A DNA stretch of 64,000 nucleotides, from contig NC_043017.1 of NCBI RefSeq assembly GCF_006345805.1, forward strand, positions 6,200,001-6,264,000. The letters run 5' to 3'. This stretch comes from Octopus sinensis. Lineage: Eukaryota. Position 1 is the stretch's first letter; each line of letters opens with the position of its first letter. Positions 12,688 through 26,087 of the stretch are shown here, piece after piece. A program made the position numbers and the translations under genes. Under the pieces are notes generated by a model. That model worked only from the letters and a program-made list of their open reading frames with translations, was not told where the DNA came from and did not search any database.

Positions 12688-13283
12688 TATTTCTTTATTG
12701 CCCACAATGGGCTAAACACAGAGGGGACAAACAAGGACAGACAAAGGGATTAAGTCGATTACATCGAACCCAGTGCCTAACTGGTACTTAATTTATCGAC
12801 CCCGAAAGGATGAAAGGCAAAGTCAACCTCGGCGGAATTTGAACTCAGAACATAGTGGCAGATGAAATACCTATTTCTTTACTACCCACAAGGGGCTAAA
12901 CACAGAGGGGACAAACAAGGACAGACAAAGGGATTAAGTCGATTACATCGAACCCAGTGCGTAACTGGTACTTAATTTATCGACCCCAAAAGGACGAAAA
13001 GCAAAGTCGACCTCGGCGGAATTTGAACTCAGAACGTAACGGCAGATGAAATACCTATTTCTTTACTACCCACAAGGGGCTAAACACAGAGGGGACAAAC
13101 AAGGACAGACAAAGGGATTAAGTCGATTACATCGAACCCAGTGTGTAACTGGTACTTAATTTATCGACCCTGAAAGGATGAAAGGCAAAGTCGACCTCGG
13201 TGGAATTTGAACTCAGAACGTCACGGCAGACGAAATACCGCTAAGCATTTCGCCCGGTGTGCTAATGTTTCTGCCAGCTCACC
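12688..13283 (-). mobile_element. SINE family B trimer (184-bp period)
   Basis: Junctions GAAATAC|CTATTTC at 12870|12871 and 13054|13055; the head (gagctggcagaaacattagcac) is present only in the first unit. Confidence 0.9.
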
Positions 13284-14161
13284 TGGTTCTTCTTCTATTA
13301 GTCCCTTTCACAGAAGTGGTAAGTTATGGGGATGTAAACACACCAACCCCAGTTCTCAAGTGGTGGTGGGGAACAAGCGTTAGGAAGGGCATCCAGCTGT
13401 AGAAACACTGCCAGATCAGACTGGAGCCTGGCACAGCCTCCTGGCTTCCAAGACCCCGGTCGAACCATCCAACACATGCTAGCATGGAAAACGGATGTTA
13501 AACGATGATGATGATGATGATGATGATGATGAAGCTTCTCTCAGTTTCTGCCTACCAAATCCATTCATGAGACTTTACGAGGCCCAACGCTATAATAGAA
13601 GACACTTGCACAAGGTGCCATGTAGTAGGAGTGAACTTGGAACCATATAGTTGGGAAGCATGCTTCTTACCACACAGCTATGCCCGTATTTATTCACCGC
13701 ACTCATTACTACACCTATATATATATATATATATCATTGTTTTAACATCCACCTTTCCATTTTTACCTGAGTCAGACAGAATTCATTTAGACAGGTTTTC
13801 AACAACATGACACCCTTACTGCCAGTTTCCAAAAAAAGGATGTATTCCCAGAATAATAGACAAGTTTTTATAGAAAATTGGCAATGAATTCACAATGCTT
13901 GAATTGAGGGGATGCTTGTTGGCAACTCTCATGTGATGTCAAGACAAGAAGGGAGAAAGATAGAAGGATATACATATACATGTTGGCATAAAAAACAGGC
14001 TTCCTTTAGTTTCCTTTGAGAATATTTACTCGTAAAACTTGGGATCAGTTGGAGCTGGAGCACATGATGCTGTCCTGAGCTGTTCCATGTAAAAACCACA
14101 TCATTTGGAACTGAACTTGTTAACCATATAACTATACTTATATGTGTGTGTGTGTGAAAAA

Positions 14162-14193
<32 letters not shown>

Positions 14194-14548
14194 GTATGTA
14201 TACATATACATATATATATATGCATGAATATATAAATATATATATATATGCATAAATATATAAATATATATATTTATACATATATAAATATAATTTATAT
14301 GTATACATATATAAATATATATTATGTATACATACATAAACATATATTGTATACATACATAATAATAATATTTATGCATACATATATAAATATATATAAA
14401 TGTATACATATATAAATTATATATAGTATACATATATAAATATATATATATGTATACACACATAAATATATATATGTATACATATATAAATATATATAAT
14501 GTATACATATAAAAATATACCATATAAATATATGCATATATATTATAT

Positions 14549-14590
<42 letters not shown>

Positions 14591-14629
14591 CACATGTATA
14601 TATACTATATATGAATACTTATGCGTGTA

Positions 14630-14666
<37 letters not shown>

Positions 14667-15569
14667 TTTTATATCAATATTTACACAAATATGCACACAC
14701 ACACACACACACACACATAAATAAAGCATGTGTGCGTGTCTGTGTCTGTGAGCTGAATTATTACTAAAAATCAATAATATGGTTCTACATCACTAATTTC
14801 AATCAATAACTATAACATCTATATTCTCATATCCAAGACATTACACACATTCTCACGCAATGGTTTCCAACACACTACATCTTTCAACACACACACACAC
14901 ATACACACACACACACACACGCACCCTCTCTCCCTCTCCTCCTCTCATACACACATACACATACATACATACACTCATATGTATATACGTATATAACCTC
15001 CTCCGTATCTCTTCCAAGCTCTACCAAGCATCGGTCTCTCTTTGGTCAGCATCTCGGTTATGTTATAGGATGGGGGATGCTAGCCTCCCGCTCACCTCTT
15101 CTTTATTTCTTCCTGCTTTTACTGGTTTCAGTCATTAGACAGTGTGGCCATGCTGGAGCAACCACCATGAAAGGTTTATTCAAACATATCGACTCTGGTA
15201 CTTATGGTTTTAGTTGGATATTTATTCTATCAGTCTCTATTGTTGAACTGCTGTGCTAAGGGAATGTAAACAAACCAACATTGGTTTTCAAGCATTTGGA
15301 TGGGGATAAACTGCACAAATGCAAAGATGCACACTCATGCATACATACATGTATATATGTATATACGTATACATGTAAGTATGTACGTATACGTATGTAT
15401 ATATGCATATATATATTATTTATATCATGTATATATAAATAAGGATAAAATCGTTAATTTAAATTAAATAACGATCTTATCAAGTGGCCAGCATGGAAAT
15501 AAAAACCTTCAAAGGTAATAATTATTATTAGAGTTGTAACTTAGGATATCTATGTTTCTCTCTGTGTAT

Positions 15570-15628
15570 ATTCCACTGATGAGGCAAAGCATTTCTAAAT
15601 GCAAAGTCAGAAATCTGGGATCTGGAAT
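15570..15628 (+). ncRNA. Type-I hammerhead-like motif, predicted cleavage after AUC (15622)
   Basis: AUUCCA CUGAUGA GGC..GCAUU-UCUA-AAUGC..GUC A GAAA UC-UGG-GA UC|UGGAAU. Stem I is 6/6; one extra A precedes GAAA. Confidence 0.6.
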
Positions 15629-15814
15629 TATCCAGAAATTTTTTTCTAGTTTTATTTTATCTTTTTGTCTTCTCTCTTTGTGCTGTATGAACACTTAAGT
15701 TGGTTTTAGAGTCAGATACTGGCTGCTATTTTCAGCATGGTGGTATCTCGTAGATACCCTAAGTTATAATTTTAGATATATATATATATAGATATATATA
15801 TATATATATATCAG

Positions 15815-16080
15815 TTCAGTAAAAATTTAGATTCAGTTGAATATGGTACTTAAGTTAAAGGCACCAGAATTTGGTATGGTATTATCCATATAAATCAAAT
15901 GGGGTGATTATAATCAAAATAAGCAACAAGGATATCCAAAGGTAGTGGAGTACACTCGTTTCATGCTACTTCATTTAATTAAACAATGCAAGTATTACAT
16001 CAGTTTTAAAATGTAGAGCACTCTTCAGCTGCACATGGAATTTTTTCAGTTAAATTGAAAAGATTAATTTTTATACTTAT
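15815..16080 (-). mobile_element. (TA)n-embedded short repeat carrying a near-intact type-I hammerhead ribozyme (probable Penelope-like pLTR)
   Basis: Minus strand reads GUGCAG CUGAAGA GUGCU..(~48 nt)..AGCAU GAAAC GAGU GUA|CUCCAC. A homologous partial copy lies at 10105-10275 in the opposite orientation. Confidence 0.7.
15945..16034 (-). ncRNA. Type-I hammerhead ribozyme motif, predicted cleavage after GUA (15951|15950)
   Basis: Core CUGAAGA and GAAA intact; stem II 5 bp; stem III 2 bp with GAGU loop; stem I 5/6 pairs. Confidence 0.7.
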
Positions 16081-16084
16081 TCCA

Positions 16085-16123
<39 letters not shown>

Positions 16124-17206
16124 GTATGTGTGTGGTTGTTACTTGTGTTTGTCTCCCCTCCATCGCTTGACAATTGATGTTGGTGTGTTTACACCCCCCA
16201 TAACTTAGCAGTTCGACAAAAAAGACCAATAAGTCCTGGGGTCGATTTGTTTGATTAAAGGTGGCATTCCAGCATGGCCACAGTCATATGACTGAAACAA
16301 GTAAAAGAATAACAGAATAAAAGAACGTGCATGTATGTATGTGTGTATACATACTTGTATTTATATATATATATAAGTATATATATGCTTGTGTGTGTTG
16401 TAACACATGCGAGAAGACTGCTGTTGTTAAATCACGTGTAATTGAAAGAATGTTTCGCGAATGCTTCTAGATGAATGATAATGAACGTGTGGAGTGTGAG
16501 TGGGTCAACGAGGCATGTGTGTGGCGGTGGTGTGTAGATGGTGAGAGCGAGGTCAGGGAAGTGGGGGATGAGGATGCGGGTGAGGGAGGGGGTGGGGGAG
16601 GTGTTTGGTGCTAAAGTGAAGGTGTGAAGGTGTGTTGTTCCTCTCTTCTCACTTTGCGCTCGATATGAATCAACATTTAGTTATAACAGTGCAGTGGATA
16701 CAAATACACTTGCATGCACACACACACACACACACACACATATGCACACACATAAACACATACTCACACACACACAAACACATAAACACATACTAACACA
16801 CACACAAACACATGTACATATAGAATTTGCATTGATATATAAATACACCTCTACTCACACACACATATGCATACATGCATATATTTACGAACAAAATTGC
16901 ACACCCACACACACAGATATGTACATACAAATTTACACATGCATGCAGAGATCACACACACGCACGCTCATATATATTACACACACACACATATATATAC
17001 GTGTGTGTGTGTGTACACACATGCAAAGTTACACACATGAAGAGACATATTCCTTTTTCAATCACTCTCTCTTTCCCTCTCTGTTATGTATATATGTACA
17101 CACACACTTATATATATATGAGAGAGAGAGGAGTATATATATATATACATACATGTATATATATATATATATATATGCATATACATATATATATATATAT
17201 ATATGC

Positions 17207-17249
<43 letters not shown>

Positions 17250-17919
17250 TATATGAGAGAGAGGAGTATATGTATATATATGTATGCATATATAGGTGAA
17301 TGTATGTATATATATATATGCACACAGATGCATGCATACACTGATATGCACACACATATGAAAATGCATAACCCCACCACCACAACCGCCACCACCGCCA
17401 CCACCACCACCACCACGGAATCAATGACAGCCAATAAATAATTACAACAGTGATTTTATAAATCATCTGGCATTGAAATTATAAAACCAAGGTGTGTTTG
17501 AAGGAGATGGCCTCAGGTGAGATGATGGCAATGGTGGTGTTGATAATGATGGTGGTGATCTGGACATGTGATACAAACTGTATGACACCTGTTGGGCGAT
17601 GGTCATGGAATTCAACCTGTGTATAAGGCAGTTCTATGAAGAGATAAGGCTGTTCTATGTCAGAGCAAATCTGGAATAGAACTGGGTTGAAATTGATGAA
17701 GGAAAATAGAGGTGGAAAATGATCCTGTATTACACAAACACACATGTATGTATATACATATATGTCATGGGACCATGTGGCTGAACTGACTATCGGATAT
17801 TGTTATACATCGCTGGTTACAATGCGTTTTGTCTTGTTTTGTTTTTAACTTTCAAGTGACACCATCCTGCAGGCTAGGCAAGTAGGCCAATATCTATATA
17901 TATATATATATATCATAAT

Positions 17920-18301
17920 CATCATCATCATCATCATCGTTTAGCGTCCGCTTTCCATGCTAGCATAGGTTGGACCGTTCAACTGGGGTCTGGGAAGCCA
18001 GGAAGCTGCACCAGGCCCAGTCTGATCTGGCAATGTTTCTACAGCTGGATGCCCTTCCTAACGCCAACCACTCCGTGAGTGTAGAGGGTGCTTTTTATGT
18101 GCCACCAGCACATGTGCCAGACGAGGCTGGCAAACGGCCACGATCGGATGCTGCCTTTTACGTGCCACTGGCACGGTAGCCAGGCGAGGCTGGCGACGGC
18201 CACGATTGGATGGTGCTTTTTACGTGTCACCGGCACGAGGCCAGTCAGGGCAGCACTGGCAACAGCCACGTTCGGATGGTTCTCTTACGTACCACCGGCA
18301 C
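17920..18301 (-). mobile_element. (GAT)n-tailed RTE-like 3'-UTR repeat with 3.4 internal subrepeats (other copies ~4357-4660, 13375-13530, 59570-59700, 62075-62268)
   Basis: Shares the catgctagcatggaaagcggacgctaaacgatgat tail with 63330-63370. Confidence 0.75.
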
Positions 18302-19152
18302 ATATATGCATGTGTGTGTGTGTGTGTGTGTGTATAAAATAACAAAGGTAGATATACACAAAATAAAACCAAAAAACAAAATTCAATTACCACTAAATGT
18401 TAGCACCTATAATGCTAGAAATAAGAGTTAAAAAGCCCTTAGAGCCACAAGACAGCACATTTTTATATACTGACAGGGGAGGTAACCACCCCATGTATGT
18501 GCATGTGTGTAGGTATACACTCATATGTCATCGCCATCATAATCATCATCATCATTTAATGTCCATCTTCTATTCTAGCATGGGTTGGATGGTTTGACAG
18601 AAGTAGGTCAGCTGGTTGACGGAAACTGCAAGAGACCTGTTGTGTGTGTGTCTGTGTGTCTTGGTGTCGGTATCTATCTCCCACCAATGCTTAAAAACCA
18701 TTGTTGTGTTTCTATCCCTGTAAATTATCAGTTCATCAAAAGACACCGATAAAATAAGCACCAGACTTAAAAAGACAAGTAGACTCACTGGAGCTAACTC
18801 ATTCAACTAAAAGATCTTGAAGGTGATGCCCCAGCATGGCCTCAGTCCATTGTCTGAAACAAGTAAATGATAATGTCTTAAATAAGTTCAATCTACACAT
18901 GTTAATGTGTGAAAAACAAAATAGGAATTTTGAAAGAGGTTTCTACAAAACTTACAATATTAATCAAAGGGGTCCACTGGTAAAAAATGATCAGAAACCA
19001 CGGCTTTAAACCTTGTTTTTTTTTATATTTGTTAAATTTAATAATTTCATAACATATTTATTGGTTTCAAATTTTGGCACAAGGCCAGCAATGTCGGTGA
19101 AGTGGTAAATTGCCTACATTGACCCCAGTGTTCGACAGGTATTTATTTTATT

Positions 19153-19800
19153 ACTAGCATTAAAGACCTGGCATTGCCGGGTCATAGTGCTAGTGCATGT
19201 ATATATGTGTATATATTACATGTACATCTATATATATACATCTACACATAAAATACAAAATACAAAGTTATATCTTGATATCGCTAGTGATAACAATACT
19301 CAAAATATATAACAGACTGGAATTGTAGGACTATTCCATTTCTGCACGCTAATTTTATTTTTAATTTATTCCCATTCATGTGAAACCACTTATTCAAGTT
19401 CAAATCCTTGATGCAATTTTATACCAATTGCTATTTTTACTTTTGTTATGTTACAATTATATTATACTTTAGTTTGATTTTAATTATTACTTACTACATA
19501 TAATTCAATTGTTATTATTATTTTCATTGTTAAAGTGAAAGTATCTGACATAAAATAGAGAAATGTTTTTGTTTCACTTTTAATACGTAATACTGAAATA
19601 GTGGAGAAGATATGATATTGCTGTGGGCTCGCCCTGGGCAAAAAGTTAAAATTTATTTTTGCCAATGACACTCTCCAGACCCTAAGTAAGGCATGTGTAA
19701 AATTTGAATGAAATTGGTTGTGTAGTTCTCAAGTTTTAGGGAAACACACACACACACAGACAGACAGACAGACACACATTCTCAGTTTTATATATATAGA
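19153..19800 (+). mobile_element. Non-autonomous Helitron-like element inserted into a SINE-B-type copy
   Basis: 5' ACTAG followed by hairpin ACCTGGC-ATT-GCCGGGT; 3' (CA)n/(ACAG)n then TTTTATATATATAGA; no TSD seen. Flanks 19060-19152 and 19801-19920 are the two halves of one minus-strand SINE. Confidence 0.65.
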
Positions 19801-20338
19801 GATTTCCAAAAGGATGAAAGGCAAAGTCAAACCCTGGTAGCTTTTGAACTCGGAACACACAGTCAAAAGAACTATCACTAAGCATTGTTTCCAGCACAGT
19901 AACGATTCCACCAGTTCGCTGACTACGTAGCTATTATATCGGTAATGACTCATTGCTTCTCAAAATGGAATTTTATGATTGCTCCGATCACCTTTGAGTC
20001 AAAATAGGCAGCATTCATAAAAGTTAATGTCAAGGAGAAGCAATCTCAAGTTATCAAAATAAATGGCATAAAATTATGAATTTTAAAAACTGCATATTTA
20101 ATTTAGTAAAGGTATAAAAAGAGAGTGCCCTCCCTTGATTCAAGTCATAATATTTAATAGGATGTTGTTTTTTTTCTTCTTTTTTTTTTCTTTGGTGTTT
20201 GTTACTGCTTCATATCTCGTTATACAACAGGTTAGAATGCATGGGAAAAGAGGGAAGATCTGCATTTGCATAGACATGTTTTAACTGTTTGAATTTCAGA
20301 AAAACATGTTTCATATTTTATGCACAGAAGCATAATGT

Positions 20339-20382
<44 letters not shown>

Positions 20383-20474
20383 GTGTGTGTATGTATGTAT
20401 GTATACTTGTATGTGCATATATGTGTATGCAGATATAATTACATAAATATGTATGGATATATACTTATATTATA

Positions 20475-20505
<31 letters not shown>

Positions 20506-20736
20506 GTACATATTTAGATAAAAATGTGTGTATACATGCATATAAATATATGAATATTTATGTGCATGTGCCTACATATGTATATCTATATGTGCATATA
20601 TATATGTATGTATACATATATGCATATATATATGTATGTATACATATATATATGCATATATACATAGATATTCATGTATGTATATATATATTCATATATA
20701 CATACATAAACATGTATGAATATATGTATACATAAG

Positions 20737-20779
<43 letters not shown>

Positions 20780-20785
20780 TATATT

Positions 20786-21160
20786 CATTTATTCATTTCA
20801 GTCATTTGACTGCAGCCATGCTGGAGCACCGCCTTTAGTGGAACAAATTAACTCCAGGACTTATTCGTTGTAAGCCTAGTAGTTATCCTATTGGTCTCTT
20901 TTGCTGAACCGCTAAGTTATAGGTTGTCAAGCAATGGTAGGGCGAGGAAATAGACACACAAACATAAACACACACATATTCACACACATATATACACGAC
21001 AGGTTTCTTTCAGTTTCCCTCTACCAAATCTACTCACAAGGCTTTGGTTGGACCGTGGCTATAGTAGAAGACACTTGCTGAAGGTGCCACACAGTGGGAC
21101 TGAACCCAAAACCATATGGTTGGTAAGCAAGCTACTTACCACTCAGCTACTCCTACACCT
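20786..21160 (-). mobile_element. SINE family A copy
   Basis: Reverse complement of the family A sequence. Confidence 0.85.
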
Positions 21161-21850
21161 GAGAATTTTAAGAAAACTACACGGACATATGTATGTATAT
21201 CTGTATATATGTATGCATATATGCACATATATATAGATACATATATGTGTGTATATATGTACAGTGTATATATATATATATACAGTGTATGTATATATAT
21301 ATATAGGTATGTAAATATGTATACACGCACACATATATGTAGTGGATAATTCAAGAGTTATTTGAAATAAACTTTCTTTTTATTATTTCACTTTTCATAA
21401 AACGACAATAAATTAATATCTTCATGTGAAGTTCTGAAGACATGAAGAACCTGACAGTTGTAATGCAATCGTTGATTTATTAAATATTTGAATAAAGCTA
21501 CTAGACTACAAAGTTTTTGCACTGAGTTCCCCATTATTTAAAAGTATTCATGACAATCACAGGTATAACTGCACTATCACACAAATACACCCTCCACGCA
21601 CATGTATACACACATTTCTTCTTTAAGCAATCACAACTGAAATACATATAACTGTTCCCGTAACTTAGAATTTCAGCAAAAGAAAAAAACTGACAGAATA
21701 AGTACCAGACTTCAAATAAATCTGAAGTACCGGGGTCAGTTTCTTTTACTAAACCTTTCAAGGCTGCTATCCAATGACTGGAACAAGTAAAAGATAAAAG
21801 ATACTTATATACTTACATACTTGCATACATCTATACATGTGTATGGAGGG

Positions 21851-21883
<33 letters not shown>

Positions 21884-21939
21884 CACACATAAATAGATAG
21901 ATAGATATGTATATTACAAAATATCCTTCCTACATATAC

Positions 21940-21993
<54 letters not shown>

Positions 21994-22469
21994 ATGACAA
22001 GCTTCTTTCAGTTTCCATCAACCGAATCCACTCACAAAACTTTGGTCGGCCCAAGGCTATAGCAGAAGACACTCGCCTGAGGCGCCCCACAATGGGACTG
22101 AACCCCAAACCATGTTGTAGGGACGTAAGCTTCTTACCAGACAGCTATGCATTGTTTAAAAAGTTGAAATATTTTGTAAATCATTGGAGCACGACCAATT
22201 TGCTACATCAGTTTCAACAAAATTTTATATGCCCCCACTCCACCCCATGACAACTGGCCATGTACTTTTGTATGAATGTTACCTGATTGTTCAAAATATG
22301 TCAGATGGTATTTCAGAAGGTTGTCAAAGGAATCGGTAATGAAGTTGGAATCTTACCATTTTTATGAGTTGGACAAGTTCTTGCTTAAACACTTCAAAGT
22401 TCCTTATTCTAGTGAGGCGTAAAGTAGGGGAGGGAAATAAATATAGGCTTTTATTTTTGTCTGTCTGCG

Positions 22470-23450
22470 TGGTGGTCAGGGTTGGGATGGCAGTGACAAT
22501 GGCTGTGGCACTAGCAGTGTTGGCTGGTATTAGCTTTGGTAGTGGTGGTGGTACTAACAGTATTGGTGTTGGTAATGGTGATGGTGATGTTAGCAGTGTT
22601 GGTGTTGGCTGTGGTCTTGGTTGTAGTGTTGGTTGTGGTGGTGGTGGTGGAGGTTGGGATGGCAGTCAAAATGGCAGTGTTGGTGGTGGTGATGGTGGTG
22701 GTGCTAGTGGTGTTAGCGTTGGTAGTGGTGGTGGTACTAGCAGTGTTGGTGTTGGCTGTGGTGTTGGTTGTGGTGTTGGTTGTGGTGGTGGTGGAGGTTG
22801 GGATGGCAGTCAAAATGGCAGTGTTGGTGGCGGTGATGGTGGTGGTGCTAGTGGTGTTAGCGTTGGTAGTGGTGGTGGTACTAGCAGTATTGGTGTGGTA
22901 GTGGTACTAGTGGTGGGGTGGTATTAGCAGTGCTGATGTTTGCTGTGGTGTTGGTTGTGGTGGTGGTAGTGGTGGTGGTGGTGGTGGTGGTCATGGTGGT
23001 AGAGGTACTAGCAGTGTTGGTTGTGGCGATGGTGGTGTTAGAACTAGCAATGTTGATGTTGGTGGTGGTGGTGGTAGTGGTGGCGGTGGTGGTAGTTGTG
23101 GTGAGGTGTTGCTAGTAGTGTTGGTGGTACTAGAAGTATTGGTCTTGGTTGTGGCTGTGGTCATGGTGGTGGAGGTACAAGCAGTGTTGGTTGTGGCAGT
23201 GGTGGTGTTAGAACTAGCAATGTTGATGTTGGTGGTGGTGGTGGTAGTGGTGGTGGTAGTTGTGGTGAGGTGTTGCTAGTAGTGTTGGTGGTACTAGAAG
23301 TATTGGTCTTGGTTGTGGTGGTGGTCATGGTGGTAGAGGTACTAGCAGTGTTGGTTGTGGCGATGGTGGTGTTAGAACTAGCAATGGTGGTACTGGCAAT
23401 GTTGATGTTGGTGGTAGTGGTGGTGGTGCTATTGCTGCTGGTTGTAGTGT
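22470..23450. repeat. (GGT)-rich cryptic repeat with higher-order duplications (144-bp and ~165-170-bp periods)
   Basis: aggttgggatggcagtcaaaatgg at 22651 and 22795; tcatggtggt.gaggtac at 22991, 23161 and 23325. Confidence 0.9.
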
Positions 23451-23956
23451 CAGTGCTTTTTGGGAAACAAAAAGGCTTTTTCCATCTCCTGCATTTAATG
23501 GTACTTCCAAATATTTCTTTGTTTTTCTTTTGTGTTTGTTCCATCTTGAAAAAAATGCTTAATGTCTAAGAATATTTTTAGATGGTATCCTAATGTTTTT
23601 CACAGAAATAAATGCAGGAGAGGGTGAAGGTCCTCATGCCATTACCATATTGCATTTTCACCTGTATTCTTTCTGTCCAAACACAATGATCAACTAGAAC
23701 GGGGGTTTTGTGATTAGGAATGTTAACGATAACGATGACTCAGTGACTCATTTAGAAGCATTATTCTTATAAACATGCATGCACACACATATATGCATAC
23801 AGACATGCACAAAAATAGATATATACATGCACATGTGCACAAAAACGTAATTTGCACACATGAGTACATTCACACACAGGGGCACACTATCACACACATA
23901 CACACTTATGAGCATATGCACACACATGCGTAAAAGTGGATGTTAAAACAATGATA

Positions 23957-23990
<34 letters not shown>

Positions 23991-24102
23991 CTCAAACACT
24001 AATGTAGTATATACATATATATAGTTCAAATTTATAGAAAACAAAAGACGAAGACAGGTGAAAGAACAACACACACACATATATATATATATATATATTT
24101 AT

Positions 24103-24138
<36 letters not shown>

Positions 24139-24222
24139 GTATATTTTTATATATATATTTATATAAATATATATATATATGTAACATATAGTATAATTTT
24201 TATATATAAATGTATGTATATG

Positions 24223-24256
<34 letters not shown>

Positions 24257-24261
24257 TGCAC

Positions 24262-24298
<37 letters not shown>

Positions 24299-24344
24299 AT
24301 ATTATATATATATACATACATATACATATATTATATATATATAC

Positions 24345-24383
<39 letters not shown>

Positions 24384-26034
24384 TTTTATGTGTATATATA
24401 CATGTGTGTATTTATATGTATGTAATATATTACTACAGCATTGAGCATTTGCTGCAGTATCACCATCCGAAATGGTATTATTTAGTTATTTGTGTAAAAA
24501 AACAAAAGAAGCTAATATTTGTACAAATTATAATTAACAATGCAAGAAGATAGTGAAAGCTGCTAAAACACAACTGTTATTTTGTCGGAGTGAATAAAGG
24601 ACATCTTCTCTCTCTAATTAATGGTTTGGCATTTAAATACTTCGTTCTCTTCATTTGAATAGAACCGAAAAATACTGATGACAATAATTATGACATTGCT
24701 AATGATCACGATACTGTAACAGTAATGACGACAGCAGCAACAATGACAAGAACAACAACGAGAACAAGAACAACAGCAATAACGGCAGCGATGGTAACGA
24801 CAGTGACTTCTGTCTGTTACTGTTGGTGCAAAACTGCAGTGTGGTCGTTAAGAACAAGACGAAATAATTGAATGTACAACAGAGACAGCGGTTGAGGGTG
24901 GTGGTGGTGGTGGTGGTGTCGATGATGATGGTTGTGGTGATGATGATGATGATGATGATGATGATGGGGAGTGATGATGATGGTGGTTGTGGTAGTGTTG
25001 GTGGTGGTGGTGATGATGATGGTGTTGATGATGGTGGTTGTGGTAGTGTTAGTGGTGTTGGTGATGATGGTGGAGTGGTAGTGATGATAGTGATGAAGAT
25101 GGTGTTGATGAAGGTGGTGGTGGTGCTACTGCTGGTGCTGGTGCTGGTGATGATGATGATGTTGGGGGTGGTGGTGATGATGATGGTGTTGATGAAGGTG
25201 GTGGCAGTGTCGATGATGAAGGTTGTGATGCTGATGATGATGGGGGTTGATGATGATGATGGTGATGTTGATGGAGGTGGTGGTGGTTATGATGATGAGC
25301 TTGTTGTTGTTGGTGGTGCTAGTGATTGTAATGATGATGATGCTGGTGATAGTATTGATGATGATCACCATCATGGCTGTGGTGGCAGTGGGGGTGACGA
25401 TGATGACCATGATGGTCGTGGTGGTGGTGTTGGTGGTGGAGGCAATGATGGTTCTAGCGATGATGGTTTTAACAATGGCAATGGTGGCGATAACGATGAT
25501 GATCATAACGGTGTTGTTGGCGGTGGTGGCAGCGGTAGTGGTGGCAACAGCGCTGGTGGTGTTTGAGTATAGGAGGTTGCTTGTAATAACTAACAACGGT
25601 CATAGCATGCAAAGTAATACCAGCGAACGAGATGATGGTAACATGGATGCTTATGATGATGATGATGATGATGATGGCTATGGTAATGACGGATTTTATT
25701 ATATCAATAACATGAAAATGACAACAACAACGACAACAACAACTACAGCAGAAACCACATCACCAATTACAATAACAACGACATCTCAAAAATTGTGCCA
25801 ATAAAAGAAATTGCCAAAGAACCATTCCCACCACCGCCACCCACACCACCACCACCACCACCACTAGTAAAAGCAGAACAAAAAACATACACACAAACAT
25901 ATATATACAAAGAAATCCTGAAGCTGAACGTGTTTATGATTGCAAACAATCTCCAGGTTTGGCTTATAAACTTTGTTTCATTTCTATACATGACATTAAT
26001 GTTTTTACGCATGCATATATGCATATATATATGC

Positions 26035-26087
<53 letters not shown>

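Noticed and set aside
12688-13283. CRISPR-like or satellite interpretation of the regular repeats
   Set aside because: Eukaryotic context, no unique spacers, and the units are SINE bodies.
16465-16495. Minus-strand CUAGAA-GC-AUUC-GC-GAAAC hammerhead-like string
   Set aside because: Non-canonical core, 2-bp stem II and no stem I; compatible with chance.
22364-22927. Gly-rich ORF with repeated GGGGWDGSQNGSVGG (structural-protein-like)
   Set aside because: It arises from a 144-bp duplication in (GGT)n; overlapping frames are equally open and there is no exon evidence.
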